A DNA stretch of 64,000 bases from Mobula hypostoma. Its lineage: Eukaryota. The stretch is from the NCBI RefSeq assembly GCF_963921235.1, contig NC_086097.1, forward strand, positions 47,680,001 through 47,744,000, read 5' to 3'. The notes beneath the pieces are model-generated. The model was not told the origin of the DNA, did no database searches, and saw only the letters and a program-made list of their open reading frames with translations. Shown piece after piece: positions 25,351-36,387 of the stretch (its first letter is position 1; each line of letters starts with the position of its first letter). Both the position numbers and the translations under genes were made by a program.

Positions 25351-26740
25351 CCTCCCTCCCCTTTCTAGATCTTTCTGTCTGTCTCTGGAGACAGGTTATA
25401 CAGCTTATCCACTGATGTCTACTATAAGCCTACTGATTCTCACAGCTATCTGGACTATTCCTCTTCTCACTCTGTCTCTTGCAAAAACGCCATCCCCTCC
25501 TCGCAATTCCTCCGTCTCCGCCGCATCTGCTCTCAGGATGAGGCTTTTCATTCTAGGACGAGGGAGATGTCTTCCTTTTTTAAAGAAAGGGGCTTCCCTT
25601 CCTCCACTATCAACTCTGCTCTTAAACGCATCTTCCCCAATTCACGTACATCTGCTCTCACTCCATCCTCCCGCCACCCCACTAGGAATAGGGTTCCCCC
25701 GGTCCTCACCTACCACCCCACCAGCCTCCGGGTCCAACATATTATTCTCCGTAATTTCCGCCACCTCCAACGGGATCCCACCACTAAGCACATCTTTCCC
25801 TCCCCCCATCTCTCTGCATTCCGCAGGGATCGCTCCCTACACAACTCCCTTGTCCATTCGTCCCCCCCATCCCTCCCCACTGATCTCCCTCCTGGCACTT
25901 ATCCGTGTAAGCGGAACAAGTGCTACACATGCCCTTACACTTCCTCCCTTACCACCATTCAGGGCCCCAAACAGTCCTTCCAGGTGAGGCAACACTTCAC
26001 CTGTGAGTCGACTGGGGTGATATACTGCGTCTGGTGCTCCCGATGTGGCCTTTTATATATTGGCGAAACCCGACGCAGACTGGGAGACCGCTTTGCTGAA
26101 CATCTACGCTCTGTCCACCAGAGAAAGCAGGATCTCCCAGTGGCCATACATTTTAATTCCACATCCCATTCCCATTCTGACATGTCTATCCACGGCCTCC
26201 TCTACTGTAAAGATGAAGCCACACTCAGGTTGGAGGAACAACACCTTATATTCCGTCTGGGAAGCCTCCAACCTGCTGACATGAACATCGACTTCTCTAA
26301 CTTCCGCTAGGCCCCACCTTCCCCTCGTACCCCATCTGTTACTTATTTTTATGTACACATTCTTTCTCTCACTCTCCTTTTTCTCCCTCTGTCCCTCTGA
26401 ATATACCTCTTGCCCATCCTCTGGGTCCCCCCCCCACCTCCTTGTCTTTCTTCCCAGACCTCCTGTCCCATGATCCTCTCGTATCCCCTTTTGCCTACCA
26501 CCTGTCCAGCTCTTGGCTCTATCCCTCCCTCTCCTGTCTTCTCCTATCATTTTGGATCTCCCCCCCACTCCAACTTTCAAATCTCTTACTCACTCTTCCT
26601 TCAGTTAGTCCTGACGAAGGGTCTCGGCCTGAAACGTCGACTGCACCTCTTCCTAGAGATGCTGCCTGGCCTGCTGCGTTCACCAGCAACTTTGATGTGT
26701 GTTGCTTGAATTTCCAGCATCTGCAGAATTCCTGTTGTTT
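25351..26740 (+). mobile_element. Penelope-like element 3' part, apparently young (RT C-terminus, GIY-YIG endonuclease, terminal repeat)
   Basis: Uninterrupted ORF to 26310 with GVIYCVWCSRCGLLYIGETRRRLGDRFAEH. Upstream YYKPTDSHSYLDYSSSH and NAIPSSQFLRLRRICS motifs. CpGs are largely retained. Confidence 0.92.
26607..26642 (+). ncRNA. Minimal type I hammerhead ribozyme motif (Penelope-associated)
   Basis: Reads AGTC-CTGACGA-AGG gtctcgg CCT-GAAAC-GTC-GACT. Stem I is AGTC/GACT, the CUGANGA and GAAA core is intact, GUC is the cleavage triplet, and palindromic ACGU replaces stem III. Confidence 0.75.
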
Positions 26741-26989
26741 CCATCTTTTATTAGTACAGTTCAGACCACAATCTTTGTCTTGAAATGTGTTTGTACTTTT
26801 GGCATTTTAACTGCATAGATAAATAAAAATCAAGAAGTGTAAGAGAGTTGACCAAGTGTAATTACATCAAAATTCACTCCCTCCCTCCGTGAGTTATAAT
26901 TATGTACGTACTTAATATTGGCATCTTTGTCTTTAAGGTAACCAAATTCTGCGGAACACTTGCAGCCACACTCTACAGCTTTGAGGAAC

Positions 26990-27133
26990 CCCAGACAGGG
27001 AACCATTTCTTTCCACGCGGGCGAACTGGATTCACGCGTGCGCAGTGCCTTAAAATCGAAGCGCCTGGAATCTTCTCGTGCCGCGGGTTTTCGGCGCGTC
27101 GTGTTGTTGCTGGAGATCGCGATCAAGAACCTG
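26990..27133 (+). promoter_or_regulatory. CpG-rich TDRD9 promoter/5'UTR
   Basis: Dense CpG cluster (CACGCGTGCGCA, GCCGCGG, CGGCGCGTCG) immediately before the exon 1 ATG. Confidence 0.6.
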
Positions 27134-27282
27134 ATGGCACGGCAAATAAATGATCGGGTTGCCATGGACAAGAATGTTGGGGATATCGAGTGTTTGGGGA
27201 AAAGACGGCAGTCATTGGTGGATCCAGTGGATTCCTCTTCAGAGCAGTGTAGCCCCAAACCCGAACGTTTTCGACCAAACTG
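27134..27282 (+). CDS. TDRD9: TDRD9 exon 1 (MARQINDRVAMDKNVGDIECLGKRRQ...RPN)
   Basis: QIND...K.V..(I/V)E.LG resembles the recalled TDRD9 N-terminus. Donor TG|GTGAGC (phase 2) fits exon 2. The gene is head-to-head with ATP5MJ. Confidence 0.75.
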
Positions 27283-27889
27283 GTGAGCTTCAGAGCCTGT
27301 ATACCTTCAATGCCTACTTTGTAGGTCGTGTCTGGGTACTCCGTCCAAGGAGAGGAATGTTGCCCCTTTATTGGGAGCATCCAACACCGGCTTCCAGCTC
27401 CTTGCACAAACGAACCTGGGGCGTTCCCTACTTTTGCCGTTAAATTCCTTGTGGTTGCAATTCCCATGTTGCCAGATAAACTCGGATTTGGCATTATTGA
27501 GCAAATAAACGTAGATTAATCGGTGTGCATTTTAAACACATTTCTTATTGCGCAGCGTCTTAACATTATTCACAAAGGTGATCATGAACACAATATATTA
27601 GATTTTAATTTAAATTTATCTGGTGGAAAAAAAATCACTTCGTTTGGTTTAGCAACTTCGTGGTCCTGTTTTGAATCAGTTTGTTAATAGGCAGTATATC
27701 AACGTTGGGCACCTGATCAAACACGTGTTACTGCAAAAACTTTGGAATTCGTCTTTTTCTGTTTTCTTAATGAAGGATTACATCTTGCAACAGATTTTGC
27801 TTTTTAACATAATATGTGAGTAACTTTCTTAAGGCCAGCAGTTCTTGGCTATGCTTAACCAAGCTTTAAATAGAAGTAAATTTATTTTC

Positions 27890-28960
27890 AAAGTTAAGAT
27901 ATATCACCATATTCAACTCAAATTCATTTTCTTGCAGGCAATTGCAGTAAATACAAAGAGAAAAATAAAAAGTAACAATAAATAAGCAATCAATATTGAG
28001 AACACAGATGAAGAGTGAATCCATAGGATGTGGGAACGGTTCAGTTTTGTGTTGAGTGAGTTTATCCTCTCTGGTTTAAAATTCTGCTGGTAGGTAATAC
28101 CTGGTGCTGTGGGCTTTGAGGTTCCTGTACCTCCTTCCTGATGGTAGCAGCTAGAAGAAAGCATGGCCTTGATAGTGGCAGCTCTTGATGAGGAATGGTG
28201 CTTTCTCTAATGGTAACACCAAGAAATTTTAAAGTTGCAAACCCATTCCACCTCTGATTTCCCCCAATGAGGACTGACTTATGAACCTCTGATTTCCTCC
28301 TCTTGTCGTCAATAATCAGCTCCTTGGTCTTGCTGACATTGAGTGAGAGGTTGTTGCTGTGCCACCACTTACCCAGATTTTCAGTATCCTTCCTACATTC
28401 TGTTTTGTCACCACTTTTGATTCAGCCAGCATTATCAAACTTAAATATGGTATTGCAACTGCTTAACCTCGCGGTCATAAGTGTAAAGCAAGTAGAGCAC
28501 TGGGCTAATCACACAGCCTTGTTGTGCACCTGTGTTGATGGAGATTGTGGAGGAGATATTATTGGCAATGCAAGTGAGGAATTCGAGGGTCCAATTGTAC
28601 AAGGAGGTTTTGAAGCCAAGGTCTTTAAGCTTATGGTTAGTTTTGAGAGGATGATGGTATTGAATGCTGAACTATCCTTGATAAAGAACATCCTGATATG
28701 TGCATCTTTGCTGACCAGATGTTTCAGGATTGAACGAAGAGTCAATGAGATGATACCTTTTGTGGACCTGTTGCTTTGGTAGGTAAATTGGAGTGGATCC
28801 AAGTTGTGCCTTAGGAGTTGATATGTTTCATCACCAACCTCTCAAAACACTGCATTGCTATGAATGTAAGTGCTGTTGGATGATCATCATTGAGGCAGAT
28901 CACCACATTGTTCTTGGGCACCACAGATTGAAGCATGTTTAAATACAATGGTGCCTCAGA
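27890..28960 (-). mobile_element. Rex1/Babar (L2-like) LINE fragment, decayed
   Basis: Minus-strand DPLQFTYQSNRST...IRMFFIKDSSAFNTII. Confidence 0.75.
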
Positions 28961-31439
28961 GCCCTGTTGTTTTTATGGGAGTGCATGCCATCAAAGCTGT
29001 TCAGATGATAAGGTTTTTTAAGAATGATGGGATGTTAAATACATTTCTAGATAAGGAACTTGTTTGTGTTAACGTGCCCATCTGACTTTGTCCTAAGTAC
29101 TAGTGATTGCTGTTTTGAACTTGTTGATGTGCACATTGGGGTGAGTTATGTCGTAAAAGATTAAAACTAATCTAGCCTGAGTTCGAAAGGAGTTCAGTTT
29201 CCATGTATCGTCAGCAAGGAGGGACTACATGAGGCTTGCAGTTGAAGAGGCTATGTACTGGCAGGGAGAGACTTACACATTCAGCTCTCCTTTTCCCATG
29301 ACTCCTAGCCAGTGGTGGAAGCAGAAAGTGAGAGCGACAAACACTAATCTACCACACTAGAGGTATCACAACAGCCATTTTGACAGGATGGGCAGTAGAT
29401 CTGGCCCCTGCACACGTAGCATGCAAGCGTAGCATGGTGTGTGGACATGCCCTGGTGCTCGTGAACCAGATCCCCAGCTATGGGTAAGTAGCCCCACTGC
29501 CTTGTGGGCATCTTTGGGAGAGCCGAAGGCTACAGGAGCAAAACCAGACAGCAAATTTGGAGTGTAGCCACTGGATGTTATTGAGTTTCCTTCCAGCAGC
29601 ACCTGCAGTCAAGCTGGTGCCAAACGTATTGCTTCATAAGCTTTCCTTTGGGCTACACTGGTAAGGCAGAGAGGAGAAGCTTAATGACTGGGGCATCTCA
29701 GGATCTCCATACCTTCTGTCCAGGCTTATGATGATGATCAAAATCACCATTGTCCTTCAAGACCAGCAGATGCCAACCACCAATAATCTAGCAAGTTTAC
29801 CAGACAAGCAGATTTTCTTGACAATTGCATGTCAATTTTAACCTTTATTAGTATACATTTTATATAACTTGATACACTGTAGTAGAATAAACTTAACAGT
29901 GAACCCAGTGAGTTCAAGAACCCTTTTGAATTAAAAATGAATAGGGAAACTGAGCACTGGAGAGTTGAAAATGAGTGACAACTATAATTGGGGTATTTCA
30001 GCTTGTATATTTTAGTGTGTTCCTGACTTCACATTCCATATTCCTGTCTCTATCCTCCCACCCATCTCACTTTCTGGACTGTAATCATACTCGGAACTAA
30101 GGAGTGAACCAGGGGCTTACCTCCAATATGCTTGATGGCTGTGCTGGTAATGCGTGGAAAGTGATAGGTTAGACTTGCTTTTGATGATTATTATTTACTG
30201 ACACAGCATTTGTGTAGTTTACCAATTTGTTACCAGATGCTTTTTCAGCAGAATCTGATTGCTGTCCAAATCTTGTTGCATGTCTGCATGGTCTGACAAG
30301 TTGCAAATCAAATTTGTTTGATCATTAGTAACTCACTTTAATTCATGCCTTTTGACAGTACGGAGGGAATTGATGAAGCAGCAGAAAGCTGGTCATTTAC
30401 GATTTTCTCGCTCTCCTGGTACGCATTGATTTAGATTTTATTGCTTCAAGTGCAATATGGACTTCAGAGTAGGGCATTCTAGCTTCACCTCTGGAATTCA
30501 GTTCATATTTGGAATTAGGACTGAAATTAAGCTTGGGGTGACTTGGAGTTGGAGGGCTCATGGCAGAATTCAGACCCTACGTCAATTAACCATGTAGATG
30601 AGTAAGTTGCTGCCTACTTGCAGTGTTGATAGCACTTTCCATCACTTTGACCGTAAACAGATATGACTGTAATTGGCTGGATTTGTTTTATTATTTTTGT
30701 GCTCAGATTATGTCTTTGCAGTTTTCCATTTTTGGTAGATTTCAGTCTTACAGTTACAGTATATTAGCACAGATTGGATTGAGGTGCTGGTAATTCTGAA
30801 ACAATTTTAAGCTTTACAGCAAGGTTGTTATCAAGAGCCATAACCTTTGTACTCTTATTGGGGATTTCAGGAGGCTGAGATAGATGTCCACTTGCTAGGT
30901 CTCTAATTATTGTAAATAATTCAATCTTAACTTTTGCATTCATTTTCCATGCTCTATTATTTTCAAGTTCATGGATAAGAGAAATGGATCAAACATGGAA
31001 AAATGGAACTAGCTCAAGAAGGCAACTTAGTTGGCATGGACAATTTGAGTCAAAGTGTTCTGTTCCATGCTATATAAATCTCTGACTCTGTGGTTGCTAT
31101 AGTGTTTTTTAATCTGTTTTGACACGTTTTGATTTTCATTAGCTTCAGTGTTTTTGATGGGCTTTCTCACAACCTTACTATGTTGGTTACATTCAGAGGT
31201 ATGTTTGGCATCTGATGTTTCTTGGAATATGTTCAAAAATAATAAATATAAGAAATGAATTTAACTGCATTTGAAGCAGCAGTTAAGTTTCATGGTGGCC
31301 ACAGACAATGATTGGAAACTCTCTTCTTTGCAAATTTTGATCTATGATCTCTCTTGTGTCTGGCATCGAGCAAGATCAGTGGCCCACATGCTTGGCATGT
31401 TTCCATGGTTAATGGCTTAGCATATAGGCGAGGTCTTGA

Positions 31440-32370
31440 ATATGGAGAGAAGGTTGTTGTGTTGGAGAATTTGTGGAGGGATTTCGTGAAAGGGAGAAGG
31501 TACTAGATGTCAGCAGACAAACTGGTGGATAAATCTCTAGGACATGATGAGATATATCCCAGGCTGCTGTGGAGACGAGGGAAGAGATTGCTGGACTTCT
31601 AACATATTTTAGAATTTTCACTAGCCATAGAAGAGGTGCCAGATGACTGGAGGAACCAGAATCAGGTTTATTATATCTGAAGTATGTAGTTATTTTTTTT
31701 TTGCATCAGCAGTACAGTACGAGACATAGAAGTACTACAAGTTACATAAATAGTGCAAAAGAGGAATAACAGGTTGATGCCTATGGATTCATGGACCGTT
31801 CAGAAATTAATGATGGGGGAAGAAGGTGTCCTAAAATGCTGAATGTGGGTCTTCAGTGTCCTACATCTCTTTCTGGATGCTAGTAATGAGAAGAGGGCAT
31901 GCCCCAGACGGCGAGGGTCCTTAATGATAGATGCAACCTTTTTGACTTATCACCTCTTCAATACATCCTCGACAGGAGGGAGTATTGCGATGATGCCGTT
32001 GGCTCAGTCTACGACCCTCTATAGCCTCCTTCAATCATGTACTTTGGAGCCTCTATACCAGTTAGTGTTGTAGCCACTCGGAATGCTCTCCACCACACAT
32101 TTCTTGAAGTTTGCAAAAATTTTTGATGTCATGAAACTCCTAATGAAGTAGAGCCAATGGCATACTTGCATCATGATTAGGTCATGTTGGGCCTAAGGTA
32201 GATCCTTTGTAATGTTGACTTCAAGGAACTTGAAGCTGCTCATTCTTTGCTCCACTGATCCCCAGTGAGGACTGGTGTATGTTCTCTTGACTTCCCCTTC
32301 CTGAAGTCCACAATCAATTCCTTGGTCTTGCTGATGTTGAGCGTGAGATTGTTGTTGCAAGGCTACTCAA
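31440..32370. mobile_element. CR1 fragment (+, ~31440-31655) abutting a Rex1/Babar-like 3' fragment (-, ~31657-32370)
   Basis: GATAAATCTCTAGGACATGATGAGATATATCCCAGG matches the CR1 RT start. Antisense LINE peptides (FLKSTINSLVLLMLSVRLLL) and the AACCTGATTCT tail mark the second element. Confidence 0.7.
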
Positions 32371-32408
32371 TTAACACATTCAGTGAAGGTGCAGCTCAAG
32401 AATGCGTA

Positions 32409-33348
32409 CTGGTGTCCCTAGCTTTTCGAACGTTCGCTTTACGAAACCTCACTGTTACGAAAGACCTACATTAGTTCCCTGCTTTCGCTAACAGAAAGTG
32501 TTTTCACTGTTACGATAAAAGGCAGCGCGCAAAAAAAGCAGCACATGCCCCGAGCAGCCGCTCCTCCCCCGGATTTGGAACTGCATTCTAGCCTGCATTG
32601 CTTAAACACGTGCATCCATTTGCAAGATGAGTTCTGCGGTATCAGAAAAGCCTAAAAGAGCTCGTAAGGGTGTTACACCCTTGCAATACGGATTGCCAAT
32701 TGCGTCGCCTCTGTTCTGGGCCGACATTTACGTGCTGGGCGGCACCTAATTAATTTGCTTGTTTATTTTGGCTTTTTTCTTAAAGATGTGCTGTGTGCGT
32801 TCCGGCTACCATTGTACCACTGCATTCTTTGTGCATCGGTATCAGTCGGTGGCCCGGAGGGTGGAGGCCAGTGCACCACACCAACCTCTGACGACTCAGC
32901 CCAACACACCATCATCAGTGTGTTCAGCGCTGTCTTCCTGATTCCAGTAAGTGATACTACACTGTACATACATTATTTCTACTTTATATAGGCTGTGTAT
33001 TTTTGTGTTGTTTGGTATGATTTGGCAGCTTCATAGCTTAAAGGTTACTGGAGAGTGTTTCTGCTGAGCGTGCTTGCGTGAGATTTTCACTACGGAGAAC
33101 TGCAGGCAATGATTGTAGAGAAGTACTTCTACTTTATATAGGCTGTGTATTTATCATATCATTCCTGTTTTTACTATATGTTACTGTTATTTTCGGTTTT
33201 GTGTGTTATTTGGCATGACTTGGTAGGTTATTTTTGGGTCTGCGAACCCTCACAAATGTTTCCCATAAAAATAAATGGTAATTGCTTCTTCGCTTTACGA
33301 CCTTCCAGCTTACGAACCGTTTCATAGGAACGCTCTACCTTCGGATGG
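32409..33348 (+). mobile_element. Tigger/pogo-type non-autonomous DNA transposon carrying half of a hAT MITE
   Basis: Starts TA-CTGGTGTCCC with repeated TTACGA subterminal motifs at both ends and a transposase-like start (MSSAVSEKPKRARKGVT). 32692-32875 matches the right half of the 9811-10130 MITE. Confidence 0.65.
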
Positions 33349-33989
33349 CTTAGCCCATTGCTGTACTCTTTCTGTACTCACAACTGTGTGGCTGAATACA
33401 GCTCAAAATCCATCTGTTGTGACTGAATTAAAAATGGCGACAAGGAGGGATATAGCAGTAAGATAGATCAGCACCTTTATCAAGTCTCCCCCACAGGCCC
33501 ACCTTGTGAATACTGCTTATCTGATGCTGTGATGCTGGGGTGCTGGAAGTAAGTTTTTTATTGACTCTGTGCATACACGTGTATATGACAATAAACTAGA
33601 CTTTTTTTTTATTTGAGAAGGACAGCAAGAATAGGCCAGGTGATTCCAGGTTTGTGAATTTGATGTCATTGTTCCTGTGTGCAGTTCTGATTAACATGTT
33701 GTCGGAAAGATGTGATTGTCCTAGAGTCAGTGCAGAAGGTAATTCGATGTTTGATTATGAGGTGAGAGTAAAGAGCTCAGTTTGATTTCCTAGTAGTAGG
33801 GGGAGGCTAAGTAGGGACTTGAAAATTGCATAAAGTTTTTGAAGGGCAGGTAGAAACTATTTTCCCATCTTCAACAGACCAGGCAGCAGCTATGGGAAAA
33901 AAGGTACAGTCGACGTTTCTGGACAAAACCCTTCGGCAGGGCTCAAAGAAAGAAAAGAAAAGGATGGTAGTGGAGGAGGTGACAAGGAT

Positions 33990-34520
33990 AGCAGGAGCGC
34001 TACAGGATGAAGACAGTGGCACACGGCCTCCTGGGAAGATGGACCTCATGGGAGGGCAGCATCAACAGGTCATTCAGCTGGACTGACTTGCGGAAGGTCC
34101 CACAAGCAGACTTAGCTTCCTCATCAGAGCAACTTATGATACCTTGTCCTGCTGCTGTAATCTTCACCAGTAGTTCAGCTGTGAGGATAGCTGCCCCCTA
34201 TGTGATACCACCAATACCAACCCCCAACACATCCTGACAGGATGTAAGACTGTGCTGTTCCAAGGGCGCTACAGATGGTGCCCCCACGTCCAGAAGAAGC
34301 TGGTGGTGATCCCAAGATATCTGCAGGCAAGATGCAAGAAGCAGCCTTTCGCCAGCAGGATGACAACCCATTGCATTTGTTAAGGCTGAAAACACCTAAG
34401 CAAGAGCTCCTTCAGGACTCCTCTCTGCAGGCAGGGAGTGGAACTTGAGGACAGATCTCTGCTCCCATGGAAATCACCACATCACTCCACCCAGGTGTAC
34501 AGTGGTGCTAGGACTTCTGT
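33990..34520 (+). mobile_element. RLE-type (HERO/NeSL-like) retrotransposon fragment
   Basis: Decayed GRWTSWE, ASFLIRATYDTLSCCCNL and HIL.GCKT.L.QGRYRW motifs. Confidence 0.6.
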
Positions 34521-34917
34521 GGAACCCAGTAGAATTTTCTCTTATTTCTGCATAAATATGACTTAAAATGTTCAAAATCTTCATGCAAAAATGAGATATT
34601 TGCTTTTCATTCATAGTCATAGAAAACTGCAGTGCAGAAGCAGGCCCTTCAGCCCATCTAAATCTTACCAAACCATTTAAACTGCCCAGATTTCAGGAAC
34701 TGAAATCCAGCTTTTTATTAGATTTTGATTTCTATTTAAGTTATCAGTGTTCATAAAGCATACTCTGAACATTGTTTCATAAACATAAATGTGCTAACAC
34801 AAACAGCAATGTGATCAAGTTTTGCACAAATAGCTTCTGCAATTCCTACATGAAAACTTGCTCTGTGGGTGTAATTTCCTTGGAGGTTCTGAAATAATAA
34901 TGAAAGATGTTAAATAG

Positions 34918-35085
34918 GGCCAGCTGGTGGTGCAATGACATCGGACCAGAGGTTCCGAGGTTCGAAACCAGATGGGTATGCTCCCGAGTACACTTCCCAT
35001 CCGTGCTAGGTTGAGTGTCGAGATCGCAACTTGTCCTCATAAAATAAAGGGAAAATACTGCGAAAATGTCTGTGAGAAGTGTCTC
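34918..35085 (+). mobile_element. tRNA-derived SINE fragment
   Basis: A-box-like TGGTGCAATG and B-box GGTTCGAAACC. Confidence 0.6.
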
Positions 35086-35254
35086 TTCCCCCCCCCCCCA
35101 TAGATGCTTCTAGTAATACTACTGTTAAATCAAGAAGTGTTTCTGGTTCAGCTTTGCCTGTGATGCAGCAAATGACTGAAGTGAGTATTTCCCAAGAGAA
35201 GAAAGATACAGACGTTTAGATAACAGAGCCAGTCATAGCTGAAGCATCTCCACT

Positions 35255-35489
35255 CACTCCAGCACCCTGCACCTCTCATGGCACGGGTGATGAGAACATC
35301 TTTGATGTCACTACTTATCACAATGACGAAGTCGATCATGTGCCAATGTTTAGAGCGAGGGTGCATCCATGAGGTCTTATATTTTGCCTTCTGCTAGAAG
35401 ATGGTGTTGGTTATGTTAAGGTTATGCTCAGAGCAAAGAGTAAGTAGCCTCATGCCACTTGCATTCACCTTCCCAATACCATGCCCATC
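35255..35489 (-). mobile_element. Internal RTE-clade LINE endonuclease fragment inside the ZFAND5 retrocopy
   Basis: Minus-strand [55 protein letters not shown]...TRAMRGAGCWS. Confidence 0.85.
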
Positions 35490-36387
35490 TGTGCCTGATA
35501 CTATGTCAAGGGAAGAAGAAAAACCTGTGAATGTTCCTCGACCAAAGAAAACTGGATGTTTTCAATGCAGGAAAAAAGTTGGTCTTGCAGCAGGTTTTGA
35601 CTGTCGATGTGAGAACTTGTTTTGTGGAATTCACTGATATTCAGATAAACACAATTGTCCTTATGACTACAAAACAAGCAGCAATGAAGATCAGGAAAGA
35701 GAATCCTGTCATTGTAGCTGAGAAAATTCAGAGCATTTAAATAGCCAAATGAAGATGCCAACAACATGCAATTAAAGACTGCATTTATTTTTTTTGGGAT
35801 CTTTCATAGAGCAGGTGCATGGGCTAAGTCCTTGTATGTTCAAATTTACGCTTTAACCTTAGTTTCTCCTAATTAATTAAGTGACCTAATTTGCTCACGG
35901 ATACAGTTGAGCACACAGCATTACAGTAATCAGGGGAAACCCACTGGTCAACAGAATGGATATGCCAAACAGTAGTTTGTGCCAAGTGAACTTGATGACC
36001 TGCTGTAATGCTTTTAATTCAGTAAAGTGACCAACCAAAAGCCTATCAACCTAATTCTAGTGCCTAAGCAGATCTTTTTTTGTCTTAGCTTTCTTGATGC
36101 TCTCAAATTAAATGGAGGATATAAAGAAATCATAGAATACTAAATACTTAAGGTTAAGTGACTTTTTTTTCAAACTATTCTAGGAACATAGACCCAATTT
36201 TATAGGTTAATTTTGTCTCTTGCTGGGGATATTCAGGGAAAATTTGAGTAAACAGGGAAGGCTTTATAGTTGAATATTACAAATAACTTTTCCTTGCCTC
36301 TAAGTTCAACCTGTATGTGTTTGGAAAGCTCAATTATGGTCAGAATGGTGTAGAGATCAGTCTGTGTATTGCAAAAGCAGTCTTTGA

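Noticed and set aside
26960..27133. Longer TDRD9 N-terminus from the ORF-track start at 26960
   Set aside because: That start is TTG, not ATG. The upstream peptide has no recognisable similarity and spans the likely promoter.
35401..35740. Functional ZFAND5/6 gene
   Set aside because: It has premature stops, a frameshift and an RTE insert, and lacks introns and the A20 domain.
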